Shown here in pieces: positions 50,146-59,426 of a DNA stretch of 64,000 nt. The translations under genes were made by a program, and so were the position numbers. How positions within the stretch are numbered: position 1 is the first letter of the stretch; every line of letters starts with the position of its first letter. The notes beneath the pieces were generated by a model, which was given only the letters and a program-made list of their open reading frames with translations, was not told the origin of the DNA and did no database searches. The DNA comes from Candidatus Ozemobacteraceae bacterium (GTDB taxonomy: Bacteria; Muiribacteriota; Ozemobacteria; Ozemobacterales; Ozemobacteraceae): the NCBI GenBank assembly GCA_965140445.1, contig OZ223236.1:3072001-3136000 (forward strand). Direction: 5' to 3'.

Positions 50146-51189
50146 TTACTCCAACATATCGACTATTTCTTGCGTCAGTCTCTCTGCAGCTTCTGAGCAG
50201 ATTTCATTATTCCCAACAATGTAATGTGAACCTGTGTTTTTCAAATAGGGGTTAGAATTTTCAGATAGGATTACAGCACAAGCTTCAGCAAGTTTAGAAT
50301 CAAAACCTATTGAAACAACAGCATTTATCAGTTCCTCGTGCCTAGGAGTATCCATAACTTCTACAAAGCCAAGTAGTCTTAGAAAAATGTTTTTAACTTT
50401 CTCATTAGGGGCTTTGGTTAGAAGCAAATCTAAGGGATGTATTTCTTGGCCTGAGACCTTTAAGCATTCAGCTTGCAATTGGGCTGATTCTTCAATTGTA
50501 GGGGAGATCAATATGTCAAGAATCTCTTTTGCAGATTGATAGACATCATAATTGTGAACCTTTAAAGCTTTAGATAGATTACCATCTATGCAAAGACATA
50601 AAAGTGTTGATTTTTCATCCTTAGTATCCATTGCTGCTTCTAGAATCCATGCATCTGGAATGTGGATGCGTCTTTTTTCTCTAACAGCACGTTCACTTCT
50701 TTGGGCGGGACTTGGTGCATCAAATGGTGGTAGCCAGTCAAAATAATTCTCCCAAACCGCATCCTTGTGGTGTTCTTGAATTTTGACCTTTTTAACCCCT
50801 TTTGAAATTAGAGATTCAATTGCTTCGTCAGCTGCGGTTTCAATTTCTTTTTTTTGTGGGAAAATGTCTCTATTTTTTGGAAAAGGGTAGACAAGTTTTT
50901 TAGCAACCTCATTTTTTTGCCATTCTTCCTGTAAAGAATCAAGCCTCGTTCTGGCTTGATCAATTTTGGCTATCAACTCATCTAACATTTTGCAACGAAG
51001 CTCTCGTAATGCGATTTCTGAGATAAAAATACCAATGTTCTGCTTAACGTTTGATCTTTTGCCACATTCAATTGAAAGTTCTAATAATTTGTTCCACTCC
51101 ACCTTTTCTGTCGCAGGCATTCGCGTGAGATATGAGGTGTCTACAAAGATTTTAAAATTTTTTTCATCGTTTTGCATTATTTTCCCCAA
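50146..51189 (-). CDS. PIN-domain nuclease (DUF4935-like) with C-terminal extension
   Basis: IFVDTSYL, ISEIALRELR, IPDAWILEAA, CIDGNL: four acidic PIN residues. Confidence 0.8.
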   Translation of the reverse strand: MGKIMQNDEKNFKIFVDTSYLTRMPATEKVEWNKLLELSIECGKRSNVKQNIGIFISEIALRELRCKMLDELIAKIDQARTRLDSLQEEWQKNEVAKKLVYPFPKNRDIFPQKKEIETAADEAIESLISKGVKKVKIQEHHKDAVWENYFDWLPPFDAPSPAQRSERAVREKRRIHIPDAWILEAAMDTKDEKSTLLCLCIDGNLSKALKVHNYDVYQSAKEILDILISPTIEESAQLQAECLKVSGQEIHPLDLLLTKAPNEKVKNIFLRLLGFVEVMDTPRHEELINAVVSIGFDSKLAEACAVILSENSNPYLKNTGSHYIVGNNEICSEAAERLTQEIVDMLE

Positions 51190-51301
51190 AAAAAGGCCAT
51201 AGATACTAGTAATTTGCTTCAGATAAATCTTAGCACTTCGGTTTTTGTTATTGTTTAAGAAAAACTACAGCCAAACCCAAGACTTTTTAATAACCCATTT
51301 C

Positions 51302-51750
51302 CTAAAACTTTTTATCGATAGCTTCTATTTCGGTGTTTTGAAGCTCTTTATCACCGTATTCATTTTTGGGAATCATTGTTGTTTTATCTACCCAATTCTC
51401 ATCAGATTGTTTATTTGTGCTCAGGGGTGGTGTTTTCAGAGGATTTTTATCTTTTTGGTTTGTAGAATCATCTAAGTATGCTGGCAAAAAGAAATAGACA
51501 ATAACAAAAACTTCAATAGCCCCCCCCAGCTCTAATATAGTTTTTCAAGCTCAAATTCAAGTTCACCTCTATGAAGCCTGGAATAACTGCAGCACATGCT
51601 GCTGCAATAGCTAAAACCGTTCGAAAAACAGTGTTTTGAAAAAATGAAGGATTGGGAAAAAATATTGCAAGTGCAATTAAAACAATAACAAAGAAAAAAA
51701 CAAAGAAACAAGGCAGAATTATTCACAGAGTCACCAGAATCTTTAGACAT
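51302..51750 (-). pseudogene. Frameshifted small membrane protein gene coupled to the MNT
   Basis: Pieces ...FVIVLIALAIFFPNPSFFQNTVFRTVLAIAAACAAVIPGF...IRAGG and AIEVFVIVYFFLPA... join if one base is removed from each of T7 (51694-51700) and G8 (51520-51527). Confidence 0.55.
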
Positions 51751-52042
51751 AAATTACCTGCTTCATTATTTCATCTTTAAAATATGGCTTCAGATACTTT
51801 TCTCTCGCCAAGTCTATTTTCATTCCAAATTTTTTCTCAAGAATAGCTCTAATCTCATTTTTTATTCGGTATGCTTCTGGTTGTTCTTCTAAAAATTCGA
51901 TTAGAATATCTAAGTCGCTATCTTTGTCTGCACTGTCTGTCGCGTAAGAACCAAATATCCCAAGCTTCTCTACTTGATACTTTTCATGGAGTTCATGCTT
52001 TAGAGACTCTAATTCTTTCAATATTTCTGACCTGCTTTTCAT
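51743..52042 (-). CDS. Minimal nucleotidyltransferase (MNT/MntA-like antitoxin)
   Basis: LGIFGSYATDSADKDSDLDILIEF; ATG 52042 lies 6 nt after TTCACA-17-TATAAT. Confidence 0.88.
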   Translation of the reverse strand: MKSRSEILKELESLKHELHEKYQVEKLGIFGSYATDSADKDSDLDILIEFLEEQPEAYRIKNEIRAILEKKFGMKIDLAREKYLKPYFKDEIMKQVIYV

Positions 52043-52358
52043 AAACTCATTATACTTAATCCACAAAGACTTGTGAAATAAAATGTAATTTTCCTAATAG
52101 ATCTTTTCTGCTTAGCATCTGTAATTTAAGGCAATTAGGAAGCCGGATGGCAAGGGAAAGTTCTAATGCGGCGTTCAAGTCTCCGCTTTACGTTTGTCAA
52201 AGAATTTGCTGCAATGGCTTGTAACATCCTTTTAAATTTAATAAAGCTCTCCGAACGTCATTTTTTTGCCAGAAAGTTTTCGATATGATATTGCTGCAGC
52301 TGTTTGTTGTCATTAGAAATGCGAAAGCCATTCCAAGAGGTAATGACCTCGCGGAGAT

Positions 52359-52387
52359 TTGACTTATCGAAATTGATAAGGTATTAT
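52359..52387 (+). promoter_or_regulatory. higBA promoter with internal palindromic operator
   Basis: TTGACT-17-TATTAT; CTTATC-GAAATT-GATAAG at 52363-52380. Confidence 0.75.
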
Positions 52388-52395
52388 TGTTAATA

Positions 52396-52671
52396 ATGAT
52401 TTGGAAAATTCTAGAACACAAAAGTCTCATAAAAAACAGCAAAAAATTGCCACCACAAGTCTTAAAAAAATATGAACTTTGGAAAGACTTGGTCTTTCGA
52501 CATGGACCTGAAATTCTAAGAGAATTTCCAGGTTTTAATGACGAAAAACTGGCAGGAAACAGGTTGGGGCAACGATCTTCTAGACTAAACTTTCAATACA
52601 GAGTTATATACTCAGTAGAGCAAGATGAAGTGATTGTTTACGTTTTTGAAATCACTCCTCACAAGTATTAG
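52396..52671 (+). CDS. higB: RelE/HigB-family mRNA interferase toxin
   Basis: GFNDEKLAGNRLGQRSSRLNFQYRVIY...EITPHKY; toxin upstream of XRE antitoxin. Confidence 0.85.
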   Translation: MIWKILEHKSLIKNSKKLPPQVLKKYELWKDLVFRHGPEILREFPGFNDEKLAGNRLGQRSSRLNFQYRVIYSVEQDEVIVYVFEITPHKY

Positions 52672-52679
52672 GAGAAACC

Positions 52680-52949
52680 ATGAATAAAAATGAATTTGTT
52701 TCAGCCACATCTAAAATTTCTTTTTCCACAGGTGAAGCTATTAGAATGCTTCGAGAGTTAAAGGGGTGGACCCAGGAAGACCTGGCCCAAAAATCTGGGT
52801 TAAACTCAAAGAACATTAGTTTATTAGAAAACGATAGAATTGATATTGGGAAAAGAAGAGCTGAATCATTAGCAAAGGCTTTTGGTGTGCACCCCGCTAT
52901 TATAATGTTTCCTGAGTATGAAGCAGATTTGTTCCAGAAAGTAGCATAA
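52680..52949 (+). CDS. higA: XRE-family HTH antitoxin
   Basis: IRMLRELKGWTQEDLAQKSG...ISLLEN. Confidence 0.85.
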   Translation: MNKNEFVSATSKISFSTGEAIRMLRELKGWTQEDLAQKSGLNSKNISLLENDRIDIGKRRAESLAKAFGVHPAIIMFPEYEADLFQKVA

Positions 52950-52955
52950 GAGAAA

Positions 52956-53053
52956 ACCTAACGATGTGTTGAACTGGAACGAATATTTGTTTAACGGCTG
53001 TCACCTAACTTTTCCTGTGGGCGAGAAGCGGCCAGGTAACACAAATGTTAGAG
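52956..53053 (+). mobile_element. Integron attC-like recombination site
   Basis: ACCTAAC-GATGT-GTTGAACTGG ... CCAGGTAAC-ACAAAT-GTTAGAG, 98 bp, starting 7 nt after the antitoxin stop. Confidence 0.6.
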
Positions 53054-53184
53054 TTTGAAGCTCTTCGGTCTATGTTCTGCAATAGAAAGCAGAGATCTTA
53101 CAGGGTTTATTGGTTCCGGTGGAATTTCCAGCTTGGTAAAGTCTTGGATAAAAAATGGGAGGAATTAATAAGTCGTTAAGTAGA

Positions 53185-54360
53185 CTAATTTTCAAGCTCT
53201 ATTTTTATTGTGGGCAAAGGATCTTTGGGCTTTTTGATAAGGATGAGATCATACCAGCCGCCAATTTCTACAGTTATTTCTGCAGGAGAATCAATAGTTA
53301 AATCTTTTCTTAAATAGCTAAACTTTGACTTAAGTCTAACTTGGAGTGGTTGGCCTTCTATCAATGAAAATTTTAGCCGGTCGTTTTTCTTTAGGGCGAC
53401 TTTGTATTCAAAGTAATGGCCACTACTGTAGCTTTTATAGATTCCATGAATCTTAAAATTTTTACCAAATTCTGGACCTGGAAAGTCCTTAGTCAAAGAG
53501 AAAATCTGGCGATTTGTTTTATTGATCTCATTTTCCCAGTTTCTCATGTTACCTGTGTCAGCCTGCAGAAATGCTCCACCAAGCAAAAGCAGGAAAGCAG
53601 CAAAGACGGTGAGTTGGTTTAATAGGGAGCGTTTTGCTGAATTTAATTCCCTTTCATATTCTCTCTCTGCCCAGAAGACGTTTCGCCCAGAACTCTTAGA
53701 AAGCTTTCGAGTTTCTGAAAGCCATTCCAAAGGGACATTAAGAAAGTTTTCTGTGCCACAATAGCTGCATGCGGCTATAAGTTCGTTTTCCTTCACTTGA
53801 AAAGGTGCTCCACAATGGCGACAAGTTGCTGGGCCCCCAGGAGTCTTAGGTTCTCCTGCTGCAAGAACAGAAAGTAATCGGCGAATTACGAATACCCTTA
53901 TGCGTATAAGAAAATATAGGGACATTGTTAAAGCAAAAAAGGCAAAAAATGAGAAAAAATACAGGAATACTCCAACAATCTCAGGTAAATAATCTCCGAT
54001 ATTTACTCCCAATGCAATACTCAATTGATTTTCTGAAATGAAAATAAATAATTTAAAAAAGCTGAGCATTACAAAAATTAAAGCAAAAAAGAAAACATAA
54101 GAGGGAATCTTTGATAATAAGCCTTCAAGCCTTCCAGGGTGTCGTCCGAGCCGTTTCAGGAAGTTCTCGGCATGAGTTCGTATTCCAGCTAATTGAGCTT
54201 TTGCATCTCTACCGCGTTTATACTCCTCTGGAACAATAATAGTTGCTGCACAATAAATACATTGCTCTGTGTCATTCTCAGGCATTGGAACAGCAGAACC
54301 ACAATTTTCACAGATAATGGGTGCTAGTTCCTGAAATTTATTACTTTGGGTCTGGTTCAT
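53185..54360 (-). CDS. Membrane protein with two zinc-ribbon domains
   Basis: CENCG...CIYC and CRHCG...CSYCG separated by TM helices. Confidence 0.7.
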   Translation of the reverse strand: MNQTQSNKFQELAPIICENCGSAVPMPENDTEQCIYCAATIIVPEEYKRGRDAKAQLAGIRTHAENFLKRLGRHPGRLEGLLSKIPSYVFFFALIFVMLSFFKLFIFISENQLSIALGVNIGDYLPEIVGVFLYFFSFFAFFALTMSLYFLIRIRVFVIRRLLSVLAAGEPKTPGGPATCRHCGAPFQVKENELIAACSYCGTENFLNVPLEWLSETRKLSKSSGRNVFWAEREYERELNSAKRSLLNQLTVFAAFLLLLGGAFLQADTGNMRNWENEINKTNRQIFSLTKDFPGPEFGKNFKIHGIYKSYSSGHYFEYKVALKKNDRLKFSLIEGQPLQVRLKSKFSYLRKDLTIDSPAEITVEIGGWYDLILIKKPKDPLPTIKIELEN

Positions 54361-55775
54361 CTTTTTTTCTCGGTAATAGTTATTTCATAAAGTTTGTCGC
54401 CGTAAAAAGTGTAAGCAATACCTTCTTTGTCAAAATTTATGCCATACCCTTGCTCAAAATTATTCCCAACCTTTCGTGAGGTCGTAAAAAAGTTTGCATC
54501 AGGGAATTTGCGTTTGATTAAATAATCTTCTTTTCCACTGAGTTTACCCTTACCATCTCCTAGTCCAAAATTCTTTTTGGCGCTGGAGGAAAAACCAATT
54601 TTGTCTCCCGTGATATAAGGTAGTTCATTTCCTCTAAAAATTTCTATCCGGGAAACCTTCATTTGATTATTGCGATTTTCGGTGAATACTACTGATATTT
54701 TTCCGTCCAGTAAATTTTGACGATGCCTTTTTGGCGGAATAAATTTTCTGGTTTGTCTGTTATAGCCAGGTTTAGAAGCATTCAATTCTGCAGTCATAGG
54801 AGGCATTTCGAGATTAAACCTTTTAAAAACAGTTTCCATGAGTTCATTAATCTCAATAAATCCAATAATGCCTTTTCCTGGAACAATCGTGTCTTTAGAT
54901 TCATTAGAAGACTTATGAAGGCCAGCTTTAGATTTATCATTTGTTTCATTTAAATTTTTAGTAGTTTTTTTTCTTATGTCTTTAAAGGTAAGTTTCTTTC
55001 CATTTACATCAACAACATCATATTTTCTGTTTTTCATGTAATAAGCCAGATCTCGTTTTTCCCCACTACCGGTGACTATAAATAACGAAATCATTAAAGT
55101 GCTTAAGATAGGTATGAAAAGATATGGTGAAAGAAATAGTCCCGTGATGCAGCCAGAAGTAGTTTCCTTGTCGATAGTAGAAATCAAATTTTCATCGGTT
55201 TTCTTTATCATCCATCCGTTTTCCACGCCAATAGAAATTTTTTCATTTGGTTCGGCGCAAATCAGATAAATATCAAGCAGGTCTGCAATCTTTGTAGCTA
55301 TGGAATTGGCTTCTGAAACTGATATAAAATCTGAAATTCTTATTAATTTTCCGTTGTCACAGCAAACAACTACAGCGTAAGAGTCGTAACCACCATGGGT
55401 AACTCCTACCCCGTTAATATTTTCAATATTGGCAATAGGGTCCTCTGAAACCATCAAAATTGCAGAAAAATGGTATAGCATTTGTCCGCCAACGGCATCA
55501 AGGACATAATAACAATCGATACTTTTTCGGCAAAAGTTAAAAAATCCGACTAAGAGAATTAAGCCTATAAGCCTCAATAATTTCGAAAGAATACCAAAGT
55601 CGTTTTGAAGAATTGAAATGAATAAGAACGGTGCAAGTATTAAAAGAATGATTCCGAAACAACCAAAAACTTTCCCAAAAGACTTTTCCAAAGGGGTTTT
55701 TAGGTCGAGTATATATCGACCCAGATTATCGGTTCTCAATTGTTTATTTTCATTGCTCATATAGATAAAACTCAA
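54357..55775 (-). CDS. Membrane hypothetical protein
   Basis: Three TM helices, large C-terminal soluble domain; ATGA overlap with next gene. Confidence 0.6.
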   Translation of the reverse strand: MSFIYMSNENKQLRTDNLGRYILDLKTPLEKSFGKVFGCFGIILLILAPFLFISILQNDFGILSKLLRLIGLILLVGFFNFCRKSIDCYYVLDAVGGQMLYHFSAILMVSEDPIANIENINGVGVTHGGYDSYAVVVCCDNGKLIRISDFISVSEANSIATKIADLLDIYLICAEPNEKISIGVENGWMIKKTDENLISTIDKETTSGCITGLFLSPYLFIPILSTLMISLFIVTGSGEKRDLAYYMKNRKYDVVDVNGKKLTFKDIRKKTTKNLNETNDKSKAGLHKSSNESKDTIVPGKGIIGFIEINELMETVFKRFNLEMPPMTAELNASKPGYNRQTRKFIPPKRHRQNLLDGKISVVFTENRNNQMKVSRIEIFRGNELPYITGDKIGFSSSAKKNFGLGDGKGKLSGKEDYLIKRKFPDANFFTTSRKVGNNFEQGYGINFDKEGIAYTFYGDKLYEITITEKKR

Positions 55776-56006
55776 AAATCAGAAATATTCATTAGACACA
55801 AAGCAAATTTTACTATTGGAAATGAAAAATAGCAAAAAAAATGACCTCTCATAAAGGTTCGTCTGCCTCCAAAATGTTAAAAAAGATGCTGTGTTGAACT
55901 GAAACATACATCTTTTTAAGAAAGCTCTAATTCTGCCTTATTTGTAGTGTTGGTTTAAAACAGCCTGAATTCGTTAAAATCGTTATCCTGAATATAGATT
56001 AAGTGA

Positions 56007-56615
56007 TTAAGACTCCTGTTGAGGATTGCGCCACATTCGCCAAAGAGGCGGTGCTCCTTTGCCCAGGTTGATTTCGCCAGTAACCACAAAACAGTGCCGC
56101 TCGTAAAAGGCTCGATTAGCTTCTTTGGTATTCTCAAGATAAGCTCCACAGCCTTCACGATCACAGCGTTTCAATACTGACTGCATAAGTGCGTTGCCGA
56201 GACCTTTGCCCTGATGGTCAGGTTTTACACCGATGAATTGTAAATAGTAGTGCTTTTCAGTCGGGTGTGCTTTGTCCAATGCATCCATAGCTTTTATCAG
56301 ACGTGTCAAGCCACGAAAACTCGCGACATTAATAAGGCTTGGTAGCAGAGATAGTTGTTTAAGAAATCCGATTTTCGACTTGCCGGGGGGATACCATAAC
56401 GCAGCACCAAGACCATGGTCTGTTGTAAGCACCTCACCGTGAGGTAGACTCAAGGAGCATAGGCTAGTTCGAAATAGTTCCTTGAAACCATATGATCGCT
56501 TATCATCTTGTCGAACCAACCAATTGACAATGGGATCGTCGTTGAAAGCATGTGCAAGGGATAGAACAAGGCTATCAACATCAGCTAATGTCGCCTTGTG
56601 TATATTATCAATCAT
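56007..56615 (-). CDS. GNAT N-acetyltransferase
   Basis: HYYLQFIGVKPDHQGKGLG, AYLENT...NRAFYERH. Confidence 0.9.
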   Translation of the reverse strand: MIDNIHKATLADVDSLVLSLAHAFNDDPIVNWLVRQDDKRSYGFKELFRTSLCSLSLPHGEVLTTDHGLGAALWYPPGKSKIGFLKQLSLLPSLINVASFRGLTRLIKAMDALDKAHPTEKHYYLQFIGVKPDHQGKGLGNALMQSVLKRCDREGCGAYLENTKEANRAFYERHCFVVTGEINLGKGAPPLWRMWRNPQQES

Positions 56616-56776
56616 TTTACACCTCGATATCTAATTTCTTCTCTCTTAATTTGGTATCCACCTTTTTCTATACCACTTCAAACTAATTCCTTTTACAAAT
56701 TGGAATGACTACAAAAATAGGTTGAAACAGAGGCTTAATAGTTGAAGAAAATAAAGGGGTAACAGACGACTAATGA

Positions 56777-58669
56777 TCATCTAGAGCTATTATCAAATAC
56801 AACAATATCAGGAATAAAAACTTCAAATTTTGTGAATACATTCTTTTCACTCGTTACCTGGATTGTTCCTTCTAGTTCCTCGACAAATCTTTTTACGAGT
56901 GAAAGCCCAAGTCCTGTTCCGCCATACTTTCGTTTGCTTCCCTTGCTCGTTTGATAGAAAGGGGTAAAAATATTTTCCATTTCCTGCCTAGAAAGTCCTA
57001 TTCCAGTATCTTCTACATTAATTAACAACGCTGTATCATCGACTATGAGTTCTAGCGTTATTTTTCCATTTTTGCAGAATTTGAAAGCATTCATTATTAA
57101 ATTTACAATTATATGCCTAATAACCATTAGATCAGATTTTAAGAGAACTTCTTTTTCAGGCACATTAAAAATAAAGTCACAATCATAATTTTCTTTTTGA
57201 TACGAAATGAATTGACGAACTTCACCAATAAGCATTTCAAGGGGAAATTCTTTTAGTTGGTAAACAAATTTTCCTGATTCCAGCTGTGCGAAATTTAATA
57301 TCGAATCGATAATTGCTTGAAGAGTATCGGAATTTTGGACAATATGAGAACCTAGCTCTTGAATTTTATCAGGAACTTCTTTAATTAATGGAGAGTTTTT
57401 GCTTGAAATAAGCTGACTATAACCTTTAATAGCCGTTAAAGGAGTTTTTAATTCATGACTCATCATTGCTAAGAATTGAGATTTAGCGTTGTTGGCCATT
57501 TCAGCTTTGTGTTTAGCTAACATCATGTCCTTTTCAGCATCTATTCTTTTAGTAACTTCCTCCTCTAAAACTTTAATAACTTTTTTGTGAGCCTTCATAT
57601 CTGCCTGGGCTTGCAGAAGTTTACTATGCGCGTTTTTAATTTTCTGTTCCATCTTACTGTATATTTGATTCCCAGACTCGATGCCCCAGACCTCTGTTAA
57701 TACAACTTCTGGTGAGTTATCTTTTCCTTCTATCGTCAAAGCTCTACTTAAAACTGACTGTATACGTTTTATTGAGAGTCCTAGAATTGTGTAGCTAAGT
57801 GCTAAAACAACGTTTATCGGGTTTGCTGCCACACTGGCAGGTTCTCCTTGTGAGAGTAGTCCTGCATATATTGCGCAGCAAATACTTGTAATTACAAGCC
57901 CTAGACTCATAAAACGCGCTGCATAACTAATTTCACCCCGCGCTTTGTTCCATATGTATAACGAAAAAGCTCCGAGATACCCACCAACGATGGCATAAAT
58001 CATTTGAAACATAAATTCTTTAAAGTTTAAAGCTTTGCCAATAGTTTTAAACAAAGAAGGATTCATAATAAATGGAATACTTATGAATAAAATTGTAAAA
58101 AAAACAAAATATAACAAAAATTCCTTTTTCATTTTTACTCTACAAAGCTTTGAAAGCATATGCATACTTGGGAAAACAAGTATCAATGAAATAATAAAAA
58201 CCATGTTTGTTGCTAAGTTTTGTTTGAAATTGCAATAATTGGTGAACCATAATATCAGGTCCATAGTGTTACCTGTTGCCGCACCACTTAGTGCTAATGT
58301 GAACATTAGTGCCATGTCTCGACTAAGACTTGAAAGTGGAATGTTGCTCCAGGCTTTTAATGCTATATAGGCAGCATAAATATTGAAAGCAAGAAAAACA
58401 GTAAAAATTGTTTTACCATGTGTAATGCTTCCGTAAGGAATTTTAAATGCATAACAGAGAAGATATACAATACTAAATGTAAGGAGGATTAACAGAAGAA
58501 TCGAGAGCTCTTGTCCTGTTATTTTTGTGAGTGCTTGAGTTTTGGGTTCTATTTTTAAATCCACATTCTGGGGATCAGAAATTTCTACCGATGATTTAGC
58601 TTTTGTATCCATCTCGTTTTTTATTCTTTTTTTGCCCATTTTTTCATTGGCTAATTTGCTATTAACCAC
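56777..58669 (-). CDS. Membrane-bound sensor histidine kinase
   Basis: AKSQFLAMMSHELKTPL, NLIMNAFKF, VEDTGIG, GGTGLGL; about 8 TM helices. Confidence 0.92.
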   Translation of the reverse strand: MVNSKLANEKMGKKRIKNEMDTKAKSSVEISDPQNVDLKIEPKTQALTKITGQELSILLLILLTFSIVYLLCYAFKIPYGSITHGKTIFTVFLAFNIYAAYIALKAWSNIPLSSLSRDMALMFTLALSGAATGNTMDLILWFTNYCNFKQNLATNMVFIISLILVFPSMHMLSKLCRVKMKKEFLLYFVFFTILFISIPFIMNPSLFKTIGKALNFKEFMFQMIYAIVGGYLGAFSLYIWNKARGEISYAARFMSLGLVITSICCAIYAGLLSQGEPASVAANPINVVLALSYTILGLSIKRIQSVLSRALTIEGKDNSPEVVLTEVWGIESGNQIYSKMEQKIKNAHSKLLQAQADMKAHKKVIKVLEEEVTKRIDAEKDMMLAKHKAEMANNAKSQFLAMMSHELKTPLTAIKGYSQLISSKNSPLIKEVPDKIQELGSHIVQNSDTLQAIIDSILNFAQLESGKFVYQLKEFPLEMLIGEVRQFISYQKENYDCDFIFNVPEKEVLLKSDLMVIRHIIVNLIMNAFKFCKNGKITLELIVDDTALLINVEDTGIGLSRQEMENIFTPFYQTSKGSKRKYGGTGLGLSLVKRFVEELEGTIQVTSEKNVFTKFEVFIPDIVVFDNSSR

Positions 58670-59036
58670 TCCAACTGAACTGTATAAAATTCAGCCAATA
58701 AAGAGCGCTGTGAGATCTCTGGTTGAGCAGTGTGTTGGGTGAATTGGGAAATAAAGTTTTCCAGTTGTTTCCCTAAGTCATTGTCTGGATATAATATAGT
58801 TTTAGCTCAGAGTCCTCTTTATGGTTGTTTGATCCTCCAAGAAGCCAAAAATCTCTACTCGATGTTTGGCATATTTCATATTACGTTGGTCGGGGTGACA
58901 GGTCAAGTTCCTAAGATTTTTAAGTGTAACGATAAATTGCGGCTTTGGAGGCTTTCATCTTGTTTGGGTTTTAATCGAATTTCAAGGTTTTCTCTTATCA
59001 TCAAATTTGCGAATTGGCTTGCTGTTAATTTTTTAT

Positions 59037-59426
59037 TTAAGAAACCCCTTGCCCATGATAATATAGTAAGCCAAGGTTGTTTTGAGCTGAAACATATCCC
59101 TGATTGGCGGCTTTTTCATACCATTCTTTTGCTTTTTTATAATCCAGACAAACGCCTTTTCCAAAATGATACATTAATCCTGCTTCATTCTGTGCCCTTG
59201 GTTCCCCAAGATTGGCTGCTTTGATTATTGACTCAAAATCTTTTTTCGAATCCCTTGAAACATTTTTACCCTCCAATTGCATTTGGGAATAATTGTGGAT
59301 GTCAGCGACATTTTGTGGATTCTCTAACTCTATCTGGTTCGGTTTGCAATACACCACCTCTGGAATACTAATAAAAAACAGTACTCCCAACATAAAAAGG
59401 CCAGTCCTCTGAACTCCTTTTTTCAT
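59037..59426 (-). CDS. Sel1-repeat exported protein, probably truncated
   Basis: AQNEAGLMYHFGKGVCLDYKKAKEWYEKAANQG, then second repeat ends at GQGVS. Confidence 0.7.
   Translation of the reverse strand: MKKGVQRTGLFMLGVLFFISIPEVVYCKPNQIELENPQNVADIHNYSQMQLEGKNVSRDSKKDFESIIKAANLGEPRAQNEAGLMYHFGKGVCLDYKKAKEWYEKAANQGYVSAQNNLGLLYYHGQGVS

Noticed and set aside
51532..51750. 72-aa Cys-rich ORF as a real peptide or HEPN toxin
   Set aside because: Cys richness is the off-frame reading of a hydrophobic membrane-protein frame; no HEPN motifs
52091..52141. TTCCTAAT...ATTAGGAA inverted repeat as an attC
   Set aside because: Lacks AAC/GTT cores and L-box pairing; 8-bp AT-rich match may be chance
58730..59224. 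164-aa plus-strand ORF
   Set aside because: No RBS or motifs; overlaps the Sel1 gene antisense
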